Below are positions 1 through 7,407 of a DNA stretch of 64,000 bases, piece by piece (the stretch's first letter is position 1; every line of letters begins with the position of its first letter). A model generated the notes under the pieces. That model saw only the letters and a list, made by a program, of their open reading frames with translations. It did not search any database and was not told the DNA's origin. A program made the translations under genes and the position numbers. Location: contig LEKP01000004.1 of NCBI GenBank assembly GCA_001443025.1, positions 27,560 to 91,559 of the forward strand. The letters run 5' to 3'. This stretch comes from Parcubacteria bacterium GBS-2. Its GTDB lineage: Bacteria > Patescibacteriota > Minisyncoccia > Minisyncoccales > GBS-2.

Positions 1-1314
1 AAAACTGAAAAGAACATTTTAGAAGCAATCGAGTTTGCAAAAAGGTCAAAAGGAAGGTTTCTCTTGGGTGAGATTTTGCCAATAGTAAAAGAGGTTTATG
101 AAAAATTAAAGAATTTAAAAGAAGTTGAAAGGATAGATGTTGTAGGTTCAATTAGAAGAATGAAGGAAACGATTGGGGATGTTGACTTTTTAGTGATTTC
201 AAAAAACCCAGAGCCTATCATGGACTTTTTTGTTTCTCTTCCAGGTGTGATTAAAATTTGGGGGAAAGGAAATACAAAAGCTTCAGTAAGAATGAGGGAA
301 GGTTTTGATATGGATATTAGAGTTTTACCAAAGAGATCCTACGGTGCTGCATTACAATATTTTACCGGTTCAAAAGAGCACAACATAGCTTTGAGAAAAA
401 TTGCTATTGAGAAAGGGTTAAAACTTTCAGAATACGGGCTTTTTAAAGGACCTGAAATGATTGCCGGAGAAGATGAAAAAGAGATTTATGAAAAGTTAGG
501 AATGGACTGGATTCCACCAGAATTAAGAGAAGATAGAGGAGAAATTGAAGCAGCCCTAAATCACAAACTTCCAAAAATCATCGATTACAAAGACATCAAA
601 GGAGACTTGCACGTTCATTCAAAATGGGACGGAGGAAAAAATTCAATAGAAGAAATTGCAGAATATGCAATTAAAATGGGTTATGAATACGTTGGAATCG
701 CAGATCACACCAAGTTTTTGAAAATTGAGCATGGATTGGATGAGAAAAAACTAAGAGAAAGGAATAAAGAAATCGATAAATTAAATACGCAATACGCAAT
801 ACGAAATACGAAATTCCGAATTCTAAAAGGGTGCGAAGCAAACATTTTACCAGATGGGAAAATTGACCTCGATGATGAGTGCTTAAAAGAACAAGATTTT
901 GTGATTGCTGGAGTTCATTCAAAATTTAAAATGTCAAGAGAAGAAATGACAGAAAGAATCATTCGAGCAATGAAAAATCCAAACGTTGATATTATTTCTC
1001 ATCCAACAGGAAGGTTAATTCAAAAAAGAGATGAATACGAGATAGATTTTGATAAAATTTTAAGAGTTGCAAAAGAGACTGGAACGATTTTAGAAATTAA
1101 CTCTTATCCTGAAAGATTAGATTTGAACGATCTTAATATCAAAAAAGCAAAAGAAATGGGAGTGAAAATGGTAATTAACACTGATGCCCACCATGTAGAC
1201 CAAATGAGGTTTATCGAGCTAGGAATTGCTCAAGCAAGGCGGGGTTGGGCTGAAAAAGAAGATATTATAAATTGTTGGTCATTGGAAAAGTTGTTAAAAT
1301 TCCTTAAAAAGTAA
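1..1314 (+). CDS. polX: DNA polymerase X family protein with C-terminal PHP domain; the 5' end runs off the window
   Basis: Frame 1 is open from base 1, with no stop before the Met at 64. It has the GDVDFLV nucleotidyltransferase aspartates, followed by PHP-type metal-ligand motifs HVHSKWDGG, IADH, GVHS, SHPTGR and NTDAHH. Confidence 0.85.
   Translation, partial: KTEKNILEAIEFAKRSKGRFLLGEILPIVKEVYEKLKNLKEVERIDVVGSIRRMKETIGDVDFLVISKNPEPIMDFFVSLPGVIKIWGKGNTKASVRMREGFDMDIRVLPKRSYGAALQYFTGSKEHNIALRKIAIEKGLKLSEYGLFKGPEMIAGEDEKEIYEKLGMDWIPPELREDRGEIEAALNHKLPKIIDYKDIKGDLHVHSKWDGGKNSIEEIAEYAIKMGYEYVGIADHTKFLKIEHGLDEKKLRERNKEIDKLNTQYAIRNTKFRILKGCEANILPDGKIDLDDECLKEQDFVIAGVHSKFKMSREEMTERIIRAMKNPNVDIISHPTGRLIQKRDEYEIDFDKILRVAKETGTILEINSYPERLDLNDLNIKKAKEMGVKMVINTDAHHVDQMRFIELGIAQARRGWAEKEDIINCWSLEKLLKFLKK
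784..825 (+). repeat. Heptanucleotide-periodic tract inside polX
   Basis: AATACGC AATACGC AATACGA AATACGA AATTCCG AATTCTA. 42 nt, in-frame, encodes NTQYAIRNTKFRIL. Confidence 0.85.
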
Positions 1315-1757
1315 TGCCAGTAGAAAAATCAGCTGGGGCAGTAATTTTTAGGAAAGAAAACAATAAAATTTATTATTTGCTTTTGCATTACCCAGGGGCT
1401 TCTCATCGTGCAGAGAAGGATTATTGGGATTTTCCAAAAGGACATATTGAAAAAGGAGAAGAAATTGAGGATACGGTAAAGAGGGAAGTTTTTGAAGAAA
1501 CTGGATTAAAAGATATTAAAATTTTGCCAGGGTTTAAAGAAACAATTAAGTATTTCTTTAAGTTCAAAGGAAAAAACATTTTAAAATTTGTTACTTTTCT
1601 TTTAGCAGAAACAAAAGAAAAAAATGTTCAAATTTCTTTTGAACACATAGGTTATGAGTGGTTACCCTTTGAAAAAGCAATCGAGAAATTAACTTTCCAA
1701 AATGCAAAAGAGATTTTGAAAAAAGCGAACGAATTTTTAAAAACTTTTAATCTTTAA
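1314..1757 (+). CDS. NUDIX hydrolase (Ap4A/8-oxo-dGTP hydrolase-like)
   Basis: Complete Nudix box GHIEKGEEIEDTVKREVFEETGL (G-x5-E-x7-REUxEExGU). It is coupled to polX by a TAATG overlap. Confidence 0.85.
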   Translation: MPVEKSAGAVIFRKENNKIYYLLLHYPGASHRAEKDYWDFPKGHIEKGEEIEDTVKREVFEETGLKDIKILPGFKETIKYFFKFKGKNILKFVTFLLAETKEKNVQISFEHIGYEWLPFEKAIEKLTFQNAKEILKKANEFLKTFNL

Positions 1758-2101
1758 CCCTTTACTTCCTCAACAATTTTCTCAAAAACTTGAGGATGAT
1801 TTTTTGCCAGCTCTGCCAAAATTTTTCTATCCAATTCAATTTTCTTTTCTTTCAATTTTGAAATGAATCTACTGTAGGAAATTCCAAATGGTTTTAGGGC
1901 AGCGCCAATTTGAGTTTGCCACAAAGCTCTCATTTTTCTTTTTTTCTCTTTTCTTCCAACGTAGGCATGTTCTAGAGCATGGTGCAAAGCATCCTTTGCT
2001 AACCTATATTTTGACTTTCTTTTCCATTTAAAACCCTTAACTTTTTTTAAAAGCCTTTCCCTTCTTTTGTGCCTTGTTTTCCCTTTTTTTACCCTTACCA
2101 T
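1754..2101 (-). CDS. rplT: 50S ribosomal protein L20
   Basis: 115 aa basic protein starting MVRVKKGKTRHKRRERLLK..., in the canonical infC-rpmI-rplT order. Confidence 0.95.
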   Translation of the reverse strand: MVRVKKGKTRHKRRERLLKKVKGFKWKRKSKYRLAKDALHHALEHAYVGRKEKKRKMRALWQTQIGAALKPFGISYSRFISKLKEKKIELDRKILAELAKNHPQVFEKIVEEVKG

Positions 2102-2102
2102 T

Positions 2103-2291
2103 TTACGGTCTGCTTAAATATTTTTTAATAATTCTGACCTCAGTTTTAGATAAAGGAACCCACTTTCTGGCTTTTCTTTTTTTCTTTGAAGATTTTTTTG
2201 CCCGGTAGTGGTTTTGTCCACAAACTCTCCTTAAAATTTTTCCAGTTTTTGTAATTTTGAATCTTTTTAGGATTGATTTTCTTGTTTTCAT
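2103..2291 (-). CDS. rpmI: 50S ribosomal protein L35
   Basis: 62 aa protein starting MKTRKSILKRFKITKTGKILRR..., located between infC and rplT. Confidence 0.95.
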   Translation of the reverse strand: MKTRKSILKRFKITKTGKILRRVCGQNHYRAKKSSKKKRKARKWVPLSKTEVRIIKKYLSRP

Positions 2292-2797
2292 TTTTTTGAA
2301 ATTATCATTATAAACCCTCTGGGAACTTTTTTCAAATCTTGTTCCACTTTTATTTGAACTTTACTTTCCAAAATCTCAAGAAATCTTTTGATTTTTTCTT
2401 TTGCAAAATTTGTTAATTCTCTTTCTCTCCCTTTCAGAATCATTTCAATCTGGATTCTATTTCCTTCTTCTAAAAATTCTTTCGCCTGGTTTGCTCTAGT
2501 TTCCATATCATGCTCTGAAATATTAAAACCTAATCTAATCCCTTTAATTTCTTTTCCCTTCTCCTTTCTTTTTTCTTTCTCTTTCTTTTTCATTTGATAA
2601 AGAAACTTTCCGTAATCAAAAATTCTACAAACTGGAGGATCAACTTTCTCTGTAATCTGAATTAAATCTAAATTACGCTCTTTTGCCATTTCGAGTGCTT
2701 CTTCCAAAGAAAAAACCCCCAAATTCTTTCCCTGTTCGTCAATTACCCTGACTTTATTTGCCCTTATTTGATTGTTTATTAAAAATTTCTTTTCCAA
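2288..2797 (-). CDS. infC: Translation initiation factor IF-3, with a non-ATG (TTG) start
   Basis: INNQIRANKVRVIDEQGKNLGV matches the IF-3 N-domain consensus and a C-domain follows. The codon at 2795-2797 is TTG on the coding strand, and there is no in-frame ATG near the N-terminus. Confidence 0.92.
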   Translation of the reverse strand: MEKKFLINNQIRANKVRVIDEQGKNLGVFSLEEALEMAKERNLDLIQITEKVDPPVCRIFDYGKFLYQMKKKEKEKRKEKGKEIKGIRLGFNISEHDMETRANQAKEFLEEGNRIQIEMILKGRERELTNFAKEKIKRFLEILESKVQIKVEQDLKKVPRGFIMIISKK

Positions 2798-2804
2798 AAA
2801 CTTT

Positions 2805-3116
2805 TGGAGATGGGGAGAATTGCACTCCCGTCCGGAAATTCCCCTTTACCAAATCTACGGGCCTAGTCAGTTTAAGGAAAACTGACAACCATCTAGAATA
2901 AATCTAAGATTAATTGTTAACAATCGAAAGTGCTTCCCTCGCTTAATATGACACCTGACACTGCCCGAGCGAGGACAGGCAGGCAGATGGCATTAGCAAT
3001 AAGCTAATGCAAGAGAAGGTTCGTTGGCATTAAATTTTGCTAGAAGTTTAAGGAGATTCTAGCAAACTCCGCCCGCATGGCAAAGGAGAAATTTCCGTCG
3101 ATTCTAATACATCCCC
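2805..3116 (-). ncRNA. ssrA: tmRNA (SsrA), 312 nt, CCA not encoded
   Basis: The minus strand reads 5'-GGGGATGTATTAGAATCGACGGAAAT...GGACGGGAGTGCAATTCTCCCCATCTCCA-3'. The acceptor stem GGGGATG/CATCTCC has the G3:U alanine identity pair. There is a T-arm GGGAG-TGCAATT-CTCCC. A candidate tag ORF GCC AAC GAA ... TAA lies at 3028-2993. The gene is adjacent to smpB. Confidence 0.93.
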
Positions 3117-3120
3117 ATCC

Positions 3121-3205
3121 CTAGCCACCCAGCAAGCCACCCCCCAGCACCCAGAAAACCAGCTAACCAGCACCCAGAAAACCAGATAACCAGCTAACCA
3201 GCAAA
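3121..3205 (-). repeat. CCAG-periodic (7-8 nt) spacer between the smpB stop and the tmRNA 5' end
   Basis: The plus strand reads cacccag|aaaaccag|ctaaccag|cacccag|aaaaccag|ataaccag|ctaaccag. The 15-mer cacccagaaaaccag occurs twice (3148-3162, 3171-3185). The tract is much more C-rich than its surroundings. Confidence 0.8.
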
Positions 3206-3652
3206 CTAATACTCTCTTAGTGCTCTTTGAATTTCTCTTTCTATTTCTCTTTTTTTGATCAATTCCTTCTTTTCAACTTTTTTTCTTACCTTCCCCAATC
3301 CAAATTCCAATTTTATTTTCCCATTTTTAGTATAAACTTTTAATGGTACCAAAGTCAAGCCTTTTTGTTTTGACTTTCCAATTAAATATTTGATTTCAGA
3401 CTTTTTTAGCAAAAGCTTTCTATCCCTTTGCGGGTTATAACTTCCTCCAATGTTTTTTGGTTGCCAAGGCGGAATATTTGCTCCAACCCAGAATGCCTCT
3501 TCCCCTTTTATTACCACATAAGTTCCTGCTAAATTCGTTCCCCAAGCCTTAAGGGACTTTACTTCTTGCCCAAAAAGAGAAATTCCCGCCTCAAATTTTT
3601 CCAAAATTTCAAAATTAAAATGTGCTTTTTTATTTTCTGCCAAAATTCTCAT
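3206..3652 (-). CDS. smpB: SsrA-binding protein SmpB
   Basis: 148 aa with NKKAHFNFEILEKFEAGISLFGQEVKSLK and NPQRDRKLLLKKSEI, both typical SmpB signatures. It lies immediately upstream of ssrA. Confidence 0.95.
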   Translation of the reverse strand: MRILAENKKAHFNFEILEKFEAGISLFGQEVKSLKAWGTNLAGTYVVIKGEEAFWVGANIPPWQPKNIGGSYNPQRDRKLLLKKSEIKYLIGKSKQKGLTLVPLKVYTKNGKIKLEFGLGKVRKKVEKKELIKKREIEREIQRALREY

Positions 3653-3686
3653 TTTTAAATTTTAACAAAAATCTACTAAAATTGAA

Positions 3687-5405
3687 TTGATGAAAGAAAA
3701 AATTAAAAAAACCCTCGAAGATTCAGTTAAGACTCTTTTCCCCGGCATAAAAATTCAAAAATTTCAAATTGAGCACCCAGAGAGAAAAGAGCTAGGAGAT
3801 TACTCGACAAATTTAGCTTTTTTAATTGCTAAAGAGTTAAAAGAAAAACCGATTGAAATAGCAAATCGAATCGCAACCTCGGTTAAGAAAGAAAAAATCT
3901 TTGAAAGAGTTGAAGTTAAAGAACCTGGTTTTATAAATTTTTTCTTTTCTTTAGATTTTTTCTTTAAAGAGTTAAAAAAGATTTTTAAAAAGAAAGAAAA
4001 TTACGGAAAAAGCAAAATTGGAAAAGGAAAAACAGTTATAATTGATTACTCTTCGCCAAACATTGCAAAACCTTTTGGAATCGGACATTTAAGATCCACA
4101 ATCATTGGCCAAGCCCTCTACAACCTTTACAAATTCCTAGGCTATAAAGTTATCGGGGACAATCATTTGGGAGATTGGGGAACCCAATTTGGAAAATTAA
4201 TCTTTGCAATAAAAAAATGGGGAAAAAAGAAAATTGATGATTATTCAGTTAATGAGTTAGAGGAGCTTTACGTGAAATTTCATAAAGAGGCAGAAAAAAA
4301 CCCTCAATTGGAAGAGGAAGGAAGGAAATGGTTTAAAAAATTAGAAGAGGGCGAAAGAGAAGCGAGGAAAATTTGGAAAACTTTAGTTAAAATCTCCTTA
4401 AAGGAATTTGAAAGAATTTATAATCTTTTGGGGGTTAAATTTGATGTAGTTTTGGGAGAGAGCTTTTATGAACCGATGCTAAAAGAAATAATCGAAGAAT
4501 TGAAAAAGAAAAAAATTGCAAAAGAAAGTCAGGGAGCGCTAATAATTGAATTTCCAAATAATGAATTCCCTCCAGTAATTGTTCAAAAATCTGATGGGAC
4601 GACAACTTATTTCACAAGAGATTTAGCAACAATAAAATACAGACTGAAAAGATGGAATCCAGATTTGATAATTTATGAAGTTGGAGTAGATCAGAAATTG
4701 CATTTTCAGCAACTTTTCAAGACAGTAGAGATTTTAAGATGGACTAAAAAAACAAAGTTCGTTCACGTTGCACATGGTTTGTATAGGACCAAAACTGGAA
4801 AATTCTCCACAAGAAAAGGAGAAACTGTCCATTTAGAAGATGTATTAAATGAGGCAATTGAAAGAGCAAGAGAAATCATTGAAAAGTCTGAAACCTCTCG
4901 GGGTTTAACAGAAAAGGAAAAAGAAAAAATTTCCAAAATTGTTGGGATTGGAGCAGTAAAATATAATGATCTTTCTCAGCACCCATCAAAAGACATAGTT
5001 TTTGATTGGGGGAAAGTTTTGAATTTGAAAGGAAATTCCGCTCCTTATTTACAATACACTTTTGTGAGATGCCAGAGCGTTTTGAGGAAGGCTAAAAAAT
5101 CACAAATTGAAAATTGTAAATTGCGAATCGAAAAGTTAAAGAAAGAAGAGATTGAGATTTTAAGAGAGATTTATAAGTTCCCAGAAATAGTCCAAGATGC
5201 AGCAGAAAAATTTTCTCCAAATTTGATTTGTAACTTTGTTTTTGAGTTAGCTAGAAATTATAACTTTTTTTACGATATATACCCTATTTTAAAGGCAGAG
5301 GACAAAGAAATAAAAAATTTTAGACTTCTTTTAACAAAGGCGGTTGCGCAAATTATCCAGAATTCATTATTTCTTTTAGGAATTGAAGTTCCAAAGAGAA
5401 TGTAA
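3687..5405 (+). CDS. argS: Arginyl-tRNA synthetase
   Basis: IDYSSPNIAKPFGIGHLRST (HIGH region), DGTTTYFTRDLA, and a C-terminal DALR-type anticodon-binding region ending in M. The start is probably the ATG at 3690. Confidence 0.95.
   Translation: MMKEKIKKTLEDSVKTLFPGIKIQKFQIEHPERKELGDYSTNLAFLIAKELKEKPIEIANRIATSVKKEKIFERVEVKEPGFINFFFSLDFFFKELKKIFKKKENYGKSKIGKGKTVIIDYSSPNIAKPFGIGHLRSTIIGQALYNLYKFLGYKVIGDNHLGDWGTQFGKLIFAIKKWGKKKIDDYSVNELEELYVKFHKEAEKNPQLEEEGRKWFKKLEEGEREARKIWKTLVKISLKEFERIYNLLGVKFDVVLGESFYEPMLKEIIEELKKKKIAKESQGALIIEFPNNEFPPVIVQKSDGTTTYFTRDLATIKYRLKRWNPDLIIYEVGVDQKLHFQQLFKTVEILRWTKKTKFVHVAHGLYRTKTGKFSTRKGETVHLEDVLNEAIERAREIIEKSETSRGLTEKEKEKISKIVGIGAVKYNDLSQHPSKDIVFDWGKVLNLKGNSAPYLQYTFVRCQSVLRKAKKSQIENCKLRIEKLKKEEIEILREIYKFPEIVQDAAEKFSPNLICNFVFELARNYNFFYDIYPILKAEDKEIKNFRLLLTKAVAQIIQNSLFLLGIEVPKRM
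5102..5136 (+). repeat. Heptanucleotide-periodic tract inside argS
   Basis: ACAAATT GAAAATT GTAAATT GCGAATC GAAAAGT, encoding QIENCKLRIEK. 19/23 identical to the leuS tract. Confidence 0.8.
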
Positions 5406-5569
5406 GGTCTTGACAAGAATTTTTGATTTTCTATAAAATTTTAAGTAGAAAAAAATGACATTAAGAAAAAAAATTTGTTTCGTCTTGATTTTGAGGCCTC
5501 TCGGGCTGGGAGGTTAAGTTGAAATTTTATCTACCCCAAACCTTAGCCTCCCAGCCAGGGAGGCTTTTT
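5403..5569 (+). promoter_or_regulatory. Copy A of a repeated promoter-plus-long-hairpin element (candidate leader or small RNA)
   Basis: TTGACA at 5410-5415 and TATAAAAT at 5432-5439. The 23-bp stem pairs GCCTCTCGGGCTGGGAGGTTAAG (5496-5518) with CTTAGCCTCCCAGCCAGGGAGGC (5542-5564), with 1 mismatch and 2 G:U pairs. A T5 run follows. Homologous to 13688-13870. Confidence 0.7.
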
Positions 5570-5614
5570 AAGTCTCCCTTTAGCACTTTCTATAGTTTTC
5601 TAGGGGGTGTTTTG

Positions 5615-6379
5615 ATGAAGTATTATTGGGGGTTGGAGGAAGCTAAACAAGAGCTTCAGCGAAGGCAGAGAGATGATAAATTGAGAGAAAAAGCAGAAAG
5701 TATACTTAAGGACTGTCCTCTTCCAGAGGGGCAGTATGGATTCTTGGCTAGACATGTTGCTAGTGCTCGATTTGAGGATGTACAGTTTCAGACACGTTGC
5801 AGAGAGAGTGGATTAAAGGCAATATGGCTGGAATTTTCAGAGGATAAATTTGTTACAGTGAATCCATCAAAAATGAGATTAATAAAGATTAGAGTTTACT
5901 GTGGAAAGGGTAAGAGAGGAGGAGACAAGCTTATTTCTGGATACCTGGTTGATCCGAGAAAACTAAATTTTCTAAATGGAGTACCAATGAATCGGATCTA
6001 TTGCAAAAACGGAGAGCCTTTGACAAAAGTTCATCGAGAGATGCGCAACAGTCTCGGACTTAACAATGGAAATGTTTTAGATATCTCCAAGTGGTTGAAA
6101 TCCATAGGGCCAGCAAAACAATATTATCCAAAGTTCTTCATGGCTTTGACCCACAGAGGCATTTTATTTGAAAGCTTTGAAAGTCCAGGATTTCCAACCT
6201 TAGATAAATTCAACGAAGAAGTAGTAATACCAGCGATTGAAGAGACCATAGAAAAACTTGGAGTAGAACCACTGATTGTCTACCATCCAACCTGTATTAG
6301 CTCAGAGGAAGAAGCAAAAATTTTAAATTACTATCCAAAAGAAGTTCTTTCCTACCTCAATACACAAGGGCTCATTTGA
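5615..6379 (+). CDS. Hypothetical protein, no family recognised; visibly higher GC than neighbours
   Basis: 254-aa ORF from the ATG at 5615, preceded by AGGGGG 7 nt upstream. The ORF track starts at the in-frame TTG at 5519, which is preceded by GGGAGG inside the hairpin, so the true start is ambiguous. It has its own terminator at 6387-6413. Confidence 0.7.
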   Translation: MKYYWGLEEAKQELQRRQRDDKLREKAESILKDCPLPEGQYGFLARHVASARFEDVQFQTRCRESGLKAIWLEFSEDKFVTVNPSKMRLIKIRVYCGKGKRGGDKLISGYLVDPRKLNFLNGVPMNRIYCKNGEPLTKVHREMRNSLGLNNGNVLDISKWLKSIGPAKQYYPKFFMALTHRGILFESFESPGFPTLDKFNEEVVIPAIEETIEKLGVEPLIVYHPTCISSEEEAKILNYYPKEVLSYLNTQGLI

Positions 6380-6386
6380 TTTTTTA

Positions 6387-6413
6387 AGGGGTCTTTAATG
6401 ACCCCTATTTTTA
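6387..6413 (+). terminator. Rho-independent terminator
   Basis: AGGGGTC-tttaat-GACCCCT followed by ATTTTTAT. Confidence 0.75.
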
Positions 6414-6429
6414 TACTAAAATTAATCCC

Positions 6430-7386
6430 ATGAGGAGAGAATTTGCTTATTTACTATTCATTAAAAATTTAATTAGCTTTTCTCCTCGACAGCTGGAAGG
6501 CGAACAAAAAGCGGGTGATTTCATTATTTCTTTTTTGGAAAAGTTTAAATTTCAATATAAACTGCAATATTTTTGGACAGAAGTTCCAAAAGTAGAAAAA
6601 GAAATTTTAATAGCTGATGGAAAGAAAATTGCTTGTAAAGGAACTTCTTTTGTTTCTGGAAAAGTAAGGGATAAAAACTATTTAATTAGTTCTTTAATTC
6701 CCTCGCGCTTTTTTCTTGATAAGTCAAATATAAATTTTAACCCAAAATCTCCAGGAATTTCTCTTTCTAATTTTTATTTTGCTCCAGCGATTGCAGTTTG
6801 TAGGGGTGATTTAAATTTGATATTAAAAGCAGAAAAGATCGAAGGAGAAGTGAGAGTGAAACCGGTAAGGTACAAGGCAAGAAACATTTTAGTGGGTAAT
6901 TTAAGAAATCCAAAGGTAATTTGTTTCGCTCATTACGACAGTATTGGAAAAGGAGCAGTTGATAATGCATCGGGAGTAGCAGTACTTTTGAGTACGCTTA
7001 TCTCTCATCCCTTTGTTTTAAAGGAAAATTTATTCGTTTTTTCGGCCAACGAAGAACTTTCCTATGATAAACCCACTTATTGGGGACATGGTTTCCGAGC
7101 TTTTGAAGAAGAATTTTTAAAAACTATGAAAAAAACTAAAAAAATTGTAGTGGTCGATTGTGTTGGCAATGGGAAAGCAAAAATTCTAAAAGACGAAGAA
7201 ATGATCTATTTAGCCTTCCCTATCAAAAATGCAAAGAAATTAAAAAACAAAATATCAATTCTTACAGGCGACCTTGAAAAATTAATGAGCGTTTATCACA
7301 GTGATTTAGATAATCTTAAACAAATTAGCGAAAAATATCTCAGAGAGGCAGAGAGGAAACTTTTAATGTTAATTAAACTGGGATAA
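6430..7386 (+). CDS. M28-family (aminopeptidase-like) zinc peptidase
   Basis: CFAHYDSIGKGAVDNASGVAVLL (His/Asp metal ligands), FSANEELS (Glu-Glu), VVDCVGNG and VYHSDLD together fit the M28 co-catalytic zinc ligand pattern. Confidence 0.65.
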   Translation: MRREFAYLLFIKNLISFSPRQLEGEQKAGDFIISFLEKFKFQYKLQYFWTEVPKVEKEILIADGKKIACKGTSFVSGKVRDKNYLISSLIPSRFFLDKSNINFNPKSPGISLSNFYFAPAIAVCRGDLNLILKAEKIEGEVRVKPVRYKARNILVGNLRNPKVICFAHYDSIGKGAVDNASGVAVLLSTLISHPFVLKENLFVFSANEELSYDKPTYWGHGFRAFEEEFLKTMKKTKKIVVVDCVGNGKAKILKDEEMIYLAFPIKNAKKLKNKISILTGDLEKLMSVYHSDLDNLKQISEKYLREAERKLLMLIKLG

Positions 7387-7407
7387 GGGTGTGATATAAT
7401 TAAGTCT

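Noticed and set aside
671-922. Antisense or overlapping ORFs of 60-146 aa listed in the six-frame track. Examples: 671-922(-), 2388-2597(+), 8012-8401(-), 15169-15600(-), 20106-20438(-), 34398-34838(+), 35040-35396(+), 37428-38297(+), 45231-45617(+), 52327-52671(-).
   Set aside because: Each lies entirely inside, or opposite, a well-supported conserved gene. They have low-complexity Leu/Phe/Ser/Lys-rich translations typical of shadow ORFs in AT-rich DNA, and they lack RBS or motif support.
3121-3205. CRISPR array or other spacer-repeat structure, considered for this tract and for the heptamer tracts.
   Set aside because: The repeat units are 7-8 nt with no unique spacers. No repeat of 23-50 nt alternating with spacers occurs anywhere in the window, and there are no cas genes.
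5496-5564. Integron attC site interpretation of the long imperfect inverted repeats (both copies).
   Set aside because: The outer ends lack the RYYYAAC/GTTRRRY core sites; the GGTT/AACC-like bases sit next to the loop instead. The element carries its own promoter, and no integrase is present.
5519-5614. N-terminal extension of the orphan gene as given in the ORF track (TTG start at 5519).
   Set aside because: Not fully rejected. The extension is encoded by the loop, the 3' arm and the T5 of the conserved hairpin. A good ATG with an AGGGGG RBS exists at 5615. I annotate 5615 and flag 5519 as an alternative that would make the hairpin an RBS-sequestering structure.
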